The notes under the pieces are model-generated. The model ran no database searches and was not told the origin of the DNA. It saw only the letters and a program-made list of their open reading frames with translations. Below are positions 35,453-48,423 of a DNA stretch of 64,000 nucleotides, piece by piece. Numbering within the stretch: position 1 is the stretch's first letter; each line of letters starts with the position of its first letter. The position numbers were made by a program, and so were the translations under genes. Source of the stretch: Halocafeteria seosinensis (Eukaryota); assembly GCA_001687465.1 (NCBI GenBank), contig LVLI01000218.1, forward strand, positions 1 to 64,000. Direction: 5' to 3'.

Positions 35453-38400
35453 CTAAATATCATCGTAAGATACAAGGCTACTTCCATAGTCTGGCTTCCC
35501 AAACTGGGACGGAGCTGTGGACACATTTCTTTGAGGAGCATCATAGTCTCGGAAGCGAGGTCCTTGCGAGAAACCACGCCCACCCATCATCATGGCTTGC
35601 TGAGGCATCATCTGCGGACGCGGTCCAGGCATAGGCCTACCACGGGGATGCATCGGCATTTGCATCGGCATACCAGGGAAGCCTCCACGACCCGCGCCTC
35701 TAGGGCCCATGCGATGGGAGAAAGGGGGTCCTCGAGGCATTCCTCTACCTCCTTGTCCACGCATTGCACCCACGTGTTCATAGCCTCGCCAATCATCCTC
35801 CTGCCGGCGTGTATGCAGTACGAAGAGTGGACGCCAAGGGTCGGAAAAATACCTTGCCCACGTATCAGGTTCAAACGTTGATCCTTTAACCAATCGCTCT
35901 AACGCATTCCACGTCTCTTTTAAGGCTGCTTCGGCATCTTTCGGATGTTTGTTATGAATATGTTTTATGACAAAACGTCGTGCCTTAAAACGCTTTTCGC
36001 ATATTGTGCATACGGATTTAGTTTCTTCAGTAGCCGATTTGTTTTTATCCTCAGGACGGCACACAACCAGATACCAAGGCTCAAGGAGCTGAGCATCAGT
36101 CAAATGACTCATCGTTTTATCCACTTGCTTCTTCAACTCTGTTGCTCTATTTTCTAACTCGGTGAAATCATGAATGGGCTGAAACCTGGAAATCTCACGC
36201 GCTATGCCTTTCGTCCATCTTTCCAAGTCAGGGAATTCCACAACTGCAAAGACTTGATTGTGCTCAGATGAATCTCTTTCCAGTTGCTCCCCCATCTGGA
36301 TTGTCCGCTCTTCAATATCAGAGGGTTGGTCAATGGACTCCGCCAACCTGCGAGCAATCCGGCGCCGAGCGGTGCGAAGGCGTAGCTGCAGCCTTAGTTC
36401 GATCATATCTGTTAACGTCAACGATTGTGGTCTGCCCTGTGAATTATGGCGCTTGTTCTGAGAGTGTATATCGGATATAGCGCCCCCTGCACGACAGCTG
36501 CTGCTGCTGTTACTAGACAGCTTTGTCGGAGTCCTTTTACCCCCGTCTTCTCCATTACCCCTCATGTTATTGTCATGTGACTCCCCTTCATCGATTTCAC
36601 CTTCATGATGAGCCTCTTCAACAGCATCGTCGAAAGTAGCGGAATCGGTGCCCTCTGCACTCCCGTTGCCACTAACGGCAGCGTTCGCATTGCCGCCGTT
36701 GCTATTTTCAGGCACTTCCATGCTTTCATTACCCTTATCTGCAGTTCCTTTGGAACTTACTAGTCGCCGAATTCGGGTATCTCCCAACGTTGCCAAATAA
36801 TCCCCATATCCAATACACTGTATGCCTCGGTAGAAATCAAAGTAGTGTACCTTTTGCAGGTACATAATAACACTATCCAGACGCTGAATACTGCCAACAC
36901 CATCGCTGGATGCCGGTCGGTCGTCGTTGCCTGCAAGGAGTTCATCTACTTCTTTCAAAACAGAATCGACGTTCGTTTCACAACCTTCCAACCAGTAATT
37001 CGTTGTCAACACATGCACGGTACTCAACTGCGCTTTGCACTGCTCTGCGAGTTTCGATACCGTGTCTTTCCACTCAGCCGGCAACGATTCGCGCAAGGAC
37101 GACTCGTTTTCTAAGAAAGAGGGGAGAGGAGATAACTCGGACTCGATATCGAGAGCTCGTGCTAGTAACAAAGCCTTACTGAGGTGTACAGCGACCTGAT
37201 CCGGTTGGCTACAAATATCTGGCAAGGGCTTGCGTTCTATCTGTACACTCCTGGATACGGGAAGTGTGATCGAACGTGCGTGCTGACGAGGTGGAGGCAC
37301 GGTGATAGTGTGTGCGTTGTCACTGTCGTCAGAGCGCAACGTGGTGTCTCGTTTCAGCTGCACGATCGGGTCAGATTTCTTCATATCGTGTACGCGTTTG
37401 TTCACCAGTTTTATAAACTTCTTTTGGGGTCTATCCAGATTCTTCGCCAGCTCTTCTAGGCGCTTCCGCGATCTCGCTTCTGCCCTCTTTTGGGTTGCAG
37501 CCGACAGATTCACTAGCTCCTCGATTACCGCGGGGTGCTCTTCCAAAGAAGTGCGTGCCCTGTCCATGTCGTTTTCTTTAGCAATTTCTACTTGTGCGGC
37601 GTCGACGATTTCATGAATTCTACATTGCTGTACACCCTGTAGCTTCTTCAGCTCAGAGACAATATCAGCCCTCGTGCCGATTTCGAGTCTCCCGTCAGTC
37701 AAGGAAGCAAGAACAGCATTTGCTGCCTCTGCACTCGGAAACTCGACCCAAATAGTATAGTGCTCCGGGTTCACGGAGAACCGCAAAGGATCAGAAAAGT
37801 ACACTGCCGTAGGGGGAGCGATCGTGGACGGGCTTCCGTCATGTTGATCACCATTCTCTGTGCCGCCCATCGTTTCGTCTTGATCCGTCTTTTCGCTCTG
37901 ATCCTGATTGTTCTTAGCAGGATTAATACTCTTACAGGTATCAGAGAACGCTTCAAATACGTCTGTGGGCGTCACCCATAGCGGGACCTCCCGTAACGCC
38001 AATAAACGAGAATTGGCGAAAGCGTCTGCTTCGGTAATTGTCCGGTGGTATTCATTCTTATAGTTATATGAAGACACCTGCAACACCTCAGGAAGGCACT
38101 TAGCAAAAGAATCCTGCCCTTCCGACACATGCTTGCGCAGGATATCCATAAAGCGAGTCTGATTCTTTTGAACTTCGGCATTCTGGTTTCTCTTCAAATC
38201 GAAAAGCGCCTCTGCGTTGTACCTTTCCTGAAACCACGCTTCTTGACGATGCAATGCAAAGTAAGCGGCACTAGCTTTGAACTTCCACTCATCTACATAT
38301 TCTTCGTAACTAGATTCCAGATCATGTTGGTCCTTGATAGCTCTCTCGCCGTCCTCCAAAGAGTTCACAAAATCCCGATATGACATACAAGGCGGTTGCT

Positions 38401-38851
38401 CTGCTAGGCGGCTCATTCTTTTATCAATGTCATGAGCCAAATCCCTTGACTCCCTTTCAGGGGATGAATCTCGGCTCACATCGGAGTTGTTCGATTCTGA
38501 AGGGCTTCTACTCCGGGATCGGTAGCGCCTTCGGCGATCGTCTCTTGATCTGCTTGGACGACGGCTGCGGTCTCTATCCCTTCGTCCGCGATATCGATCT
38601 TGACTCCGGCTCCGACTCGACGCCCTTCGGGAGCGAGATCGTCTCCGCGATCGGGGAGCAGGGTGTTCAGATGCCCGTCTACCTGCTCTCGATCTCGACC
38701 GCGAACGGGAGCGAGACCGCGATTTCCCACGTTCCTCTTGGACCTGAGGTATTGCTCTGCAGGTAGTGATTCAAACGTTCTTATAAGGGGTTCTACCTTG
38801 ACCAGGAGAACGCCATTGTTGCCCGTACCTTCCGAATTCGTCCATGTCCAT
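35453..38851 (-). CDS. SRRT: SERRATE/ARS2 RNA effector protein with N-terminal RS-rich region
   Basis: Motifs YEEYVDEW...YFALHRQEAWFQERY; LDSVIMYLQKVHYFDFY; C2H2 finger CTICEKRFKARRFVIKHIHNKH; FRDYDAP...VSYDDI. The frame extends upstream of 38479 as RSRSRS repeats to an intron (~38758-38828). Probable first exon MDMDEFGR. Confidence 0.88.
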
Positions 38852-39664
38852 TGTGAATCGTTGCCTTGGTCAGATAGCTTATGCGCCTCTGTGCAGGCCC
38901 CAACAAGGTAATACAGAGTGTGCCTTGTTAGATCCTCAATCTGCACGTAAAAGGATAAATATGCTATAGCTTACACCACTGTCTAAAGTACATGGCATTA
39001 TAGTTCAGAGATGTGGGTCTAGCTATAGGGCTACCCCAGGGCAACAAAAAGCATAACCAGGTTTGAGTTCCCCCCGCTCGAACCGGAGTCCTCTTCTTAC
39101 ATACACCTAGTAAATCCCATGTGAGTACGGAGATGGGCGCTCCTTCTTCCATGGGCTTGCGCTGAGGGTTGCATTGAGCCAAGGAGGCAAGCACAAAGTA
39201 ACTGAATAAGGTCGGAAGATCATCGATTCCCCTCTCTCCATTTCCCTTCCTCCTCTCTCCGAGTATCGCCTACTCAGACATCTCTCACCCCAGAGTACCA
39301 TTTAAACCAAACACAACCACGAGACTGACATCCTCGTCTCGAGAAAAGCGAGGGAAACAGTGTGGCATGGCACAAAGGAGGGACAATCAGACACACGCAT
39401 TGCCTTACTTTCGGGTTACACGCTCTTTCGAAGACGAATTTGGCCAGAAATGTTCAATACAAGGACGCACGAGGAAACTGCTCCTTGCGTGACATTAATA
39501 ACCAGTGGCTCAACCATGTAGGTATATCTATCTATGCACCAAAGATAAAGGGAAATTAAATGAAGGGACAATCTTTTCGTTCAATTTACATCCAGCTGAC
39601 AGCCAGTCAGTCTGCGTGCCGAGAGGATTTGTCGTCGTCTGGTCGCCATAGACCGCCAACAATA

Positions 39665-42609
39665 ATGCTGAGACATTTTTCGTTGGACAAAGGGTGCTGT
39701 GGCCGGGTCATTGGCTGGCACTGGCGCAAATCATTCACCTCTACCCCAAGTTTGGCCACCCGGGACCGCAACAATCGCGTTGTATGGAGCCCACAGACAG
39801 CCGAGCCTCGATTACAAGCTCTATGGAGCTCACCGCAGTACCAGGAGAAGTTCAAACAAAGGTTGCAGGAGCATGAGAATGGAGCATCCAACACGTTCTA
39901 CTCGCTTCCTATGTTCCCTTATCCTTCAGGTATGCAAGTTCACAAACTAGCCCTTGGGCCCCACGGCCTTTTATTGCTGCTTCGTGCGCTCCTCTGTCTG
40001 CAGGAACGCTCCATATGGGCCATGTAAGAGTGTACACTCTGTCGGATACGGTAGCGCGCTTTCACCGCATGCGTGGGAGAGAGGTATTGCACCCGATTGG
40101 TTGGGACGCATTTGGACTTCCTGCTGAAAACGCCGCCATGGAACGAGGGGCTTCCCCGGAGAAGTGGACATACAGCAACATAGAGTCCATGAGGGCTCAA
40201 TTAAAACAATTAGGTATCGCATTTGACTGGGACCGAGAGTTCGCGACCTGCGATCCATCTTATTACAAATGGACGCAGTATCTCTTCGTCGAGCTGTTCA
40301 AACGGGGTCTTGCATACCAAAGCGAGGCAGAAGTGAACTGGGACCCTGTCGACCGAACGGTACTTGCCAACGAACAGGTTGCTTCGGATGGAACCTCATG
40401 GCGAAGTGGTGCCAAAGTAGTTACGAAGAATCTCAAACAATGGTATATAAGAATTACGGAATATGCGGATAGGTTGGACCATGACCTTGACAGCCTGGCA
40501 CAATGGCCCTCCGCTGTCAAACAAATGCAGCGGAATTGGATTGGGAGAAGCACAGGAGCCATATTCAGCTTTCCCGTATTGGAGGATACAGAATCGACGA
40601 TTAACGCTTTTACTACCCGTCCCGATACCCTCCCGGGTGTTTGCTTCATGGCTGTGTCCGTAGACCATCCACTCGTCCAAGAGGCTGCCACTAAGAATGG
40701 GAACATTGCAAATAAAGTGGATGAATTGCGTAACGTAATGACAGAGGATTCAAGCGAACGCAAAGATTCTAGTGGGGTTTTCCTTGGCTCATTTGCTCGC
40801 AATCCTCTTACGGCAGAGAGTATACCAATCTACGCTGCTAGCTACGTTGTTGCCGGGTATGGCTCCTCGGCGGTAATGGGTGTGCCTGCTCACGATGTTC
40901 GGGACTATAATTTTGCTAGGGCCCACAACCTTCCCATAAAACAAGTTGTGTTTCCAGACAAATCAGAGGCAGAATCGCTGCCTTTTACCAACGACAATGG
41001 AATAGTCCCCCACTGGGACCAATTACTGGACAACGTTTCTCAAAGCCAACAGAGTCCTTTAAATTCCCATAACTTTGGAGAGAGAGTCTTACGTCGCGGC
41101 CAAGAAGGTGGATGGGGCGAAGCGAGTACCCAACTCCGGCTGCGCGACTGGCTTGTGTCTAGGCAAAGGTATTGGGGAGCTCCTATTCCCATCGTTCATT
41201 GTGATAGCTGTGGCGCAGTACCCGTACCCAAGGAGAGTTTACCGATAACGCTGCCAGAAGCTACCGAAGACCTGTGGAAGAGGAACTCACAGGCAGATAA
41301 AGAAACGACAGAGTTGCCAGAAACACCGCTTGATAGAGCGCCCTCGGATTGGAGGAATACAAGTTGCCCACAGTGTGGCTCACCAGCTCAACGTGAAACT
41401 GATACATTAGACACATTTGTAGACTCCTCGTGGTACTTCCATCGGTTTGCTGATCCTCTGAATAGTGAAGCCCCCGTTGATCCTCAGGAAGCAAAGAAAT
41501 TTAGCCCGGTCGACTTCTACGTCGGCGGTATAGAACATGCCATTTTGCATTTGCTTTATGCTCGATTCGTACATAAGTTTATGCATGACACAGGAATGAT
41601 TGACCCCAGTACAACTAATGAACCATTTAAACGTTTACTCACACAAGGTATGGTGCTTGGAGAAGTCTATCGGGATAAAGCGTCGGGGAGAGTCATTGTA
41701 GGGGATGAAAGAAGAGACATAGAGCTCGAAGGAAGAATGGCAGATGTAAAACGAGTGTGGGAGAAAATGTCAAAAAGCAAGGGAAATGGGGTGAGTCCTG
41801 AGGAGGTAGTGCAGAGATACGGAGCCGATGTGTGTCGGCTACACACTCTGTTCAAGGCTCCTCCGGAACGAGAACTGGAATGGGAAGATGAGGCTCTTCG
41901 TGGTCAAACTAGATGGCTTGATCGCATATGTCAGCTTATAAACCTGATTGAAGCTCGAACAGAGGATTCTATTGAAGACAAGGGTGTGGACCAGTGGCTA
42001 TCCCGTCAAACACACAAGACAATTCAGAGCGTGACTCGTCATCTCGAAGACCATTACACTTTCAATGTAGCCATTGCTGAACTAATGAAGTTGACAAACG
42101 ACATTGGCGATGCGGCGCAGGGAAATATAAGAAGGAAAGAGAACGAAGCTAACCTATTGAACAAAAAGAAAGATAGAAATATTGGGAAGAAATCGGGAAA
42201 TGAAAGGGCAACTGCTTCCAACAAACAACTATGGGATTCGGTGGAAAAGCTACTCATAATGATGGCTCCCTTTGCTCCTCATTATTCCGCAGATGTCTTC
42301 AGCGAAGTCTTTTCAAGTAAACTGGACATTCACCTTCATCCGTGGCCCACCTACGACGAAAATTTGATCGTGGAAGAAAGCCGCGAGGTTGTTATCCAGC
42401 TTATGGGAGAACGTCTAGCGAGTATCTCAGTTCCGGCTACTGTAATTAACAACGAAGATCGGGAATACTTAGAACAGGTAGTTGATGATGCGATACACGA
42501 GCGGGGATTACTCAGTGATAGTGAAAAAGAGAGCATTGTGAGGAAAGTAGTAGTATTTAAGTCCAACACGCCCATCGTTAACTTCGTAAAGAAGAAGCAA
42601 AAGAGATGA
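39665..42609 (+). CDS. LARS2: Leucyl-tRNA synthetase, bacterial/organellar (mitochondrial) type
   Basis: MFPYPSG-TLHMGH across intron ~39930-40003; [49 protein letters not shown]. Basic N-terminal presequence-like extension. Confidence 0.95.
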
Positions 42610-42677
42610 AGGTGATACAAGAAACACTAAAAACTAACTATACAGCATCTGTTCTGATCCAAGGCGATAAATTTAGT

Positions 42678-44115
42678 TTACCCTTCCACAGCTAGGAGGA
42701 TTTCCACTAGTTGAGTTCCTGCTCGCCGTGGAGTAATCAAACCTGCGCCGAGCTGCTGCTTTAGTGCTTCCGCTTTTGCTGTAATTCTTGGGTCAGATTT
42801 TCCAATTTGCCGCAACTGAGACTCGAATTCGCTCCACATCCATTCACTTCCTTGAGACACTCTGCGATCCTGAAATTCCCCATGGTCAAGCATTGTCTGC
42901 CAAAACTTTTCCACTACCGCCCATACTTCAGTGAGTCCAGAGCGCTCGTGCGCACTACACCGTCGAACCATGGGTCGCCAACATTGGTGCTTTGGTCGGA
43001 GCAGGTCCAAGGCACGCCTGTATTCACTAGCTGTATGTCTTGCTGTGGGAACGAGAGCGCCGTCAGCTTTGTTTACAACAATGAGGTCTGCAGACTCCAT
43101 AATCCCTTTCTTCACGCCCTGCAGCTCGTCTCCTCCTCCTGGTGAAACCAATAATAGAAGCATGTCCACTGTACTGTCAATAGCTACTTCGCTCTGGCCA
43201 AGTCCTACAGTTTCCACCAAAACAATATCGTACCCAGTCCCCTCACACAGTAGAACCACATCATGAGTGTGTTCAGCAATACCACCCAATGTTCCGCGAG
43301 TAGGACTCGGACGGACGTAGGCATTCGGGTTGTTGCTCAGTTGTGCCATTCTCGTTTTATCACCCAAAATACTTCCGCCAGTTCTGTTCGATGAAGGATC
43401 TGCAATGTTTTTTACATGAGACAATTATTCTCAGATAAAACCAGAAATCACATCTAGGCCAGCCCGTACCTACGGCTATTACCGCCACTTTGTATCCACA
43501 TTTCTCCGTTAGGTATGTTCCTAGGCCTTCAATAAATGTGCTTTTACCAGCTCCAGGGGATCCAGCTATGCCAACACGAAGAGTTTTTCCAATTTTATTT
43601 TTGGCCTCTTCTGCGGATGCTGTCGCTTCACGTTGCCTCCTAGCTGCGAGTACTTCGTCTAACAACAATTCCGCTTGGCGCCTATGATCCCTCCGAGTTG
43701 ACTCAACTGTTTGTTTAGCCATAAGCAGATGTGCATGAGATAAAAAGATGCTCCGAGTAACATAAACTTGGTACCAGCATGCTTACTCAAAGTGATAGCT
43801 CTGCTCAGAGAAGAACGATTCCCTTGCTTGATTCCTTCGGCCAACTTGGCCGTCTGTTCAGTCATGCCTTCCTCTTGCTCCGGGAGAACTGAGGATGATA
43901 CATTCCGAATTCCAATTTTCATACTGCCGTACACACAGGAGAATATGCTTAAAAGAGGAACACGTGGAACCTGCGCGTGCTCTTACGTACTTCCTCCATG
44001 CAGAATGAGCGATGGGTGTTCTGAAAGCGTTCAGTGCTCCAACCCTCGATGTACATACCCGGCACAGTTTGTCTCGTGCCGGCAATCTACACGCCGTCGA
44101 TGCTATTCGCCTCAT
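42678..44115 (-). CDS. MMAA: Methylmalonyl-CoA mutase-associated GTPase (MMAA/MeaB), multi-exon
   Basis: Motifs [72 protein letters not shown]. Arg-rich mitochondrial-type presequence. Confidence 0.95.
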
Positions 44116-44355
44116 CACAGCTACTGCCCTAAAAGAGGTTGTCTACCATAGGAGAAACGAGAAACAACACATAGTCATCGTCATACAGTTTACCGTCATA
44201 TATGAAATGTTTGTGAAGCTCAGCTCTGCCCCATACGGTATAGATACTTCATGCACAGAGGCCCTGGAACATGCTCTAATTTGATGGAGATGACTTGTAA
44301 GTGTGTGTACCACAATCTCCTTTGTTCACTGTAGGTCAAGGGAGTTCAAGGTATC

Positions 44356-46507
44356 ATGAGCACTGCGCCGGTTATTGGTGATAATGGCCTGGAATCCAAT
44401 CTCATGGACAATCCCCAGGTATGTCCACGACCTCTCAAGGTCTCTGTCTAATACGCACATGCGTACGCGCACACAGTGATCGGCCGCTCTACCTCTGCGT
44501 TGAAAGAATTATGTGGTTTATTGGCATCCTGCAGGGACCTGAGCAGGAAAGTGATGCCTTCGGCTTTGTGGCACTGAGGCAAGTTTATTCCGATGAAAAA
44601 GATGGTGGACAACAGATACAGTTCCAACACGTCAAGGGTTTGACTAGGAACAAGAAGGGTAAAGGGGATCCTGTCGAATTAACGCTGTACTTTGGAGGGC
44701 TCCGAATTACTCCCCGATCAAAAGGTGCGGCACTGATGATACTGCCACCGATTGGCAGCGTCGCTCCCATCACCGAGAGTTTGTTGCATCTTCATCAAAT
44801 TGCAGAGTCTTGTATTGAAGACAGCTTCTTTCCGAATGATTGTTTATTGGGAGCAACTATCGATGATGTTTCCTATGAAGAAGTGGTCCTTCACATACAT
44901 ACATATCCCTTAGAAACCGCTAGTAGAGGCACCTGCTGCAGCTCTAATGGAGACTCGTCGAGAACATACAAAGAAATATGTATCCGTATCAACATAGGTA
45001 GCTTTGGATCTGAAACTGCGGGTGCTGCCAGCATAGCGTCAATGTGGGCCACTTCAATCGTCAGATTTGCCAGAGGACTACCATTAAAACCACAAATTGA
45101 GGTTGGACAAGCAGTGCGGCTCAAATATCCCGATAACACGCCTCTTCCGAGTTTTCAATCAGCAGATGTTGCCCAGTTGACTTACACCACCGTTAAAGTA
45201 ATCATTTCTCCCGTATCAGGTCCTGGGAAAGGGCCGCGATTTTGGGAGGATGTATGGAAAGATATGTTTAAGAATGCCAACGTAGCCTTTGACACTGTTT
45301 GTAAGTGTATCTCGTTGCTCCCGAATTGAGGCCTGTAGTGAAATACTTGCTAATATGTTACAGATACAGAGAGGAGCGCACACGCCACTGAAATAGCGGG
45401 GACGTTAAATGTGGCTAGATACAACGGAATAGTGTGTATTGGAGGAGACGGGATGGTGCACGAAGTAGTCCAAGGGTTGATGACGAGGTCCGACTGGAAG
45501 GTGGCCATTTCTAAGTTGTCCATTGGAGTACTTCCAGGAGGAAGTGGAAATGGGATAGCAAGATCCTTGTGCGAACTTAAAGGAGAGCAATATAAACTTA
45601 TAGAATCCTGTTTCATAACTTTAAAGGGGATTTCGAGACCGTCTCCCGTCGATATCGCCTCCGTACTACTTCTAGATGAGTCGTCGTCTCCGATACGTCG
45701 GTTGTACACCATACAACATTTAGAGTGGGGGTTAATCGCAGATATCGATATAGAGAGCGAAAGGTGTAGGTGCTTGGGAGATTTGAGGTTTACTGCGCAA
45801 GGGATAGTGCGAGGCCTGGGTCTTCGGGCATACGAAGGAGAGTTTATGTATCTTCCAGCTGATCCCGAGAGTCAAGGTGGCCCTATGGTTTCTCGTGGTT
45901 TACCCGAAACAGACATACCAGATAAAGAGGGACCAGGACCGAACACTGCAACAGACCAGCCGGATACGCTTGCCATTCCTACTTCGGTACATGGCCATGA
46001 CAATTGGGTGCATCTTGACGGTAGATTCTCGACTATTTGGGCTCTTCAAACGAAGTTTCAATCGGTGGATGTCCAAAACTCCCCTAAATCTGAACTTAGC
46101 GACGGAGTCTTCTATCTTCTTATAATCCGGGAGATTAACGAGTTCTCTATGACCAAGGTTCTCTTGGATATGGATGAGAAAGGATCGGTATGTTTTACCG
46201 AAAAATCTGTTGTCATATCTGCTTCTCCTGGTGACGTTTATATGTAGCGTTGTTATCGCAGATTGGAGACAACCCTAATGTAGAACTGGTGCCAGCACAA
46301 GCGTACCGGTTATCACCGTCAGGTCGGGTAGGCGGTTGCTGTCGCTCATCCTTGTGCTGCTACTGTGCGTGCTTTCGATCATGCTCAAAATGTGCTGCCC
46401 CTCGGGATGGAGGAATTTTAACAGTGGATGGTGAACTCTTAGATGAATACATGACAGTGGAAAGTGAGACACATCGTGGACTAATGAATTTGATGGTGTC
46501 CACATGA
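44356..46507 (+). CDS. Sphingosine/long-chain-base kinase (DAGK catalytic family), 4 exons
   Basis: Motifs VIISPVSGPGKG, CIGGDGMVHEVVQGL, LPGGSGNG, WGLIADIDIESERCRCLGDLRF, ILTVDGE. Introns start at about 44419, 45301 and 46187. Confidence 0.92.
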
Positions 46508-46865
46508 AACGGACAGAGAGTTCTCACGCTTGACACCATAGCTTTTCTTTTCATTTTCAGTTCAACTTTCGTCGTTGAAAAATACACTGCATACCGTATG
46601 TCAACAGAGTAGTTGCCAATCGGCCATTGCAAGTTGCAACTTGGCAAGCATTCCTCCTGAGCTTCACAGAGATCCGCAGCGCTTCAGAACAACATTCTAC
46701 GAAGTGTTGGGTGCCATTCATTATCGTTAACGACTTGTTTTGTACGAGTACGCATTGTCAACAGTGGACTCTCATAGTCTTGGGGAACGTTTGCTTCCGA
46801 GGAACATTATTCGACATACTGTATTCAGTGTTTGATCCCGTTGGGTTTGCGATCCAAGAACAACA

Positions 46866-47723
46866 ATGGCGCATCAACACAGCGACGAGGTGGTGAACAC
46901 CACCAAGCAGTACTACGACTCAGAAGATGCCGATAACTTCTACTATCAACTATGGGGAGGTGAGGACCTCCACGTGGGTGTCTATGACAAACGCGAGGAT
47001 ACCATCGATGCTGTACGAGAAGCGAGCACCCGTGCTGTAAAGAAGATGACGGACCTCCTGCAGAGTACAACTACCTTGGATAAGGAGACAAAGGTCCTGG
47101 ATATTGGCTCAGGCTATGGTGGCACTGCTCGCTATTTCGCTAGGAATTTCGGGTGCACAGTGGACTGCTTAAATCTAAGCGACAAGGAAAATGAACGGAA
47201 CAAGCAGAAGAACAAAGAACAAGGACTGGACAGCAAACTCTCCGTCTATGGTGGCAACTTTGAGGCTCTACCATTTTCTGATGGTGTGTACGACATTGTG
47301 ATCTGCGAAGATTCACTTCTTCATAGTGCCAACAAGCAGAAGGTGCTCGAGGAGGTAGACCGGGTGCTCAGGAAAGGTGGACACTTCATTTTCACCGATC
47401 CAATGCAAGCTGACGATGTCCCAGAGGGAGTATTGGATCCTGTACTGAAACGAATCCACTTGGATTCCATGGGCTCCGTCAAAAAGTACCGCGAGATGGC
47501 CAAAAAAATCGGCTGGAAGGAAGTTCAGGTAGTGCAGATGCCTGAACAAATCCCTAACCACTATGGATCAGTCCGCAATGTCTTACAAAACAAATACGAC
47601 TCGCTGAAAGGAACCATTAGCACGGACTATATGGATAAAATGCTAGAAGGACTAAAGCATTGGGTGGAGAAAGGCACTAATGGCCACCTGAACTGGGGAT
47701 ACTTGCACTTCCAGAAGCAGTAG
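46866..47723 (+). CDS. Sarcosine/dimethylglycine N-methyltransferase (glycine-betaine synthesis), intronless
   Basis: Motifs YYDSEDADNFYYQLWGGEDLHVGVY, SAM motif VLDIGSGYGGTAR, NLSDKENERN, FIFTDPMQAD, RIHLDSMGS, LEGLKHWV..G..GHLNWG are characteristic of SDMT enzymes. Confidence 0.9.
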   Translation: MAHQHSDEVVNTTKQYYDSEDADNFYYQLWGGEDLHVGVYDKREDTIDAVREASTRAVKKMTDLLQSTTTLDKETKVLDIGSGYGGTARYFARNFGCTVDCLNLSDKENERNKQKNKEQGLDSKLSVYGGNFEALPFSDGVYDIVICEDSLLHSANKQKVLEEVDRVLRKGGHFIFTDPMQADDVPEGVLDPVLKRIHLDSMGSVKKYREMAKKIGWKEVQVVQMPEQIPNHYGSVRNVLQNKYDSLKGTISTDYMDKMLEGLKHWVEKGTNGHLNWGYLHFQKQ

Positions 47724-48423
47724 CTCCGTTAGGTAACTTGGTATTGGATTCTTGCTTGTGTGTTACTCATCTAGACTTGTGTACTGTGTTGGAAAATAAA
47801 CAAATGAGGCCCACTTCTACTATGTCGCCTGACAATATGCACGTCGTTTCCCGAAGCACGGAATATGTCGGTTGTAGCCGCAGCTGGCTCTTAGCCCGAA
47901 GTCGCCGCACCCCGTCGCTATCACATCGTATACACTGCGTATAACTCTTCTAACACTATCACGTTAACCGCCCCAGGCACCTCATTTGAGCGGATGGAGC
48001 GTCTTGAGTGTGTTGCCTTGAATGCGCTCCAGGAAAAAGCGCACGGAGTACCTTCGAGTTACAGCGGAGAGCCGGCGTGGTCGAAGGAGCCGGTGCCGGC
48101 GCGACGCCGGGCGCGTTGAAGCTTTTTTTGTCCCGCCTCGGCAGTAAGAGTGGTAGTATCCTGACGGAAACCATGTTTGAAAGCCGTCTGCCGACTGTTC
48201 TTCACTTATAAAGGGTAACCAAAGCGTTTCACAGTATCAATTTATTCAAATTTTGAAGCGTAGTAAATATAGTAATACGCTGGTAATTACAAGACAAGGA
48301 GCTGTATCCTCTGTCGAACCCATCTTTGAGTCAGGTGGATTGTCCCCCCTGCTGTGCACCGACTCTAGTAACCGCAAGCCATACGCTCTCTCGGCAGTAC
48401 CTACTAGCAGTGCAACGTCAAAA

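Noticed and set aside
38380..38946. Overlapping ORFs of 103-156 aa on both strands
   Set aside because: The true frame is the RS-repeat N-terminus of SERRATE; the repetitive GC-rich codons leave other frames open.
46630..46643. Perfect 14-bp palindrome caagttgcaacttg upstream of SDMT
   Set aside because: About four such palindromes are expected by chance in 64 kb (64000/4^7); no supporting evidence.
48106..48122. gccgggcgcg resembling the 5' end of SRP (7SL) RNA
   Set aside because: It is followed at once by a T run, and no downstream Alu or S-domain motifs are visible.
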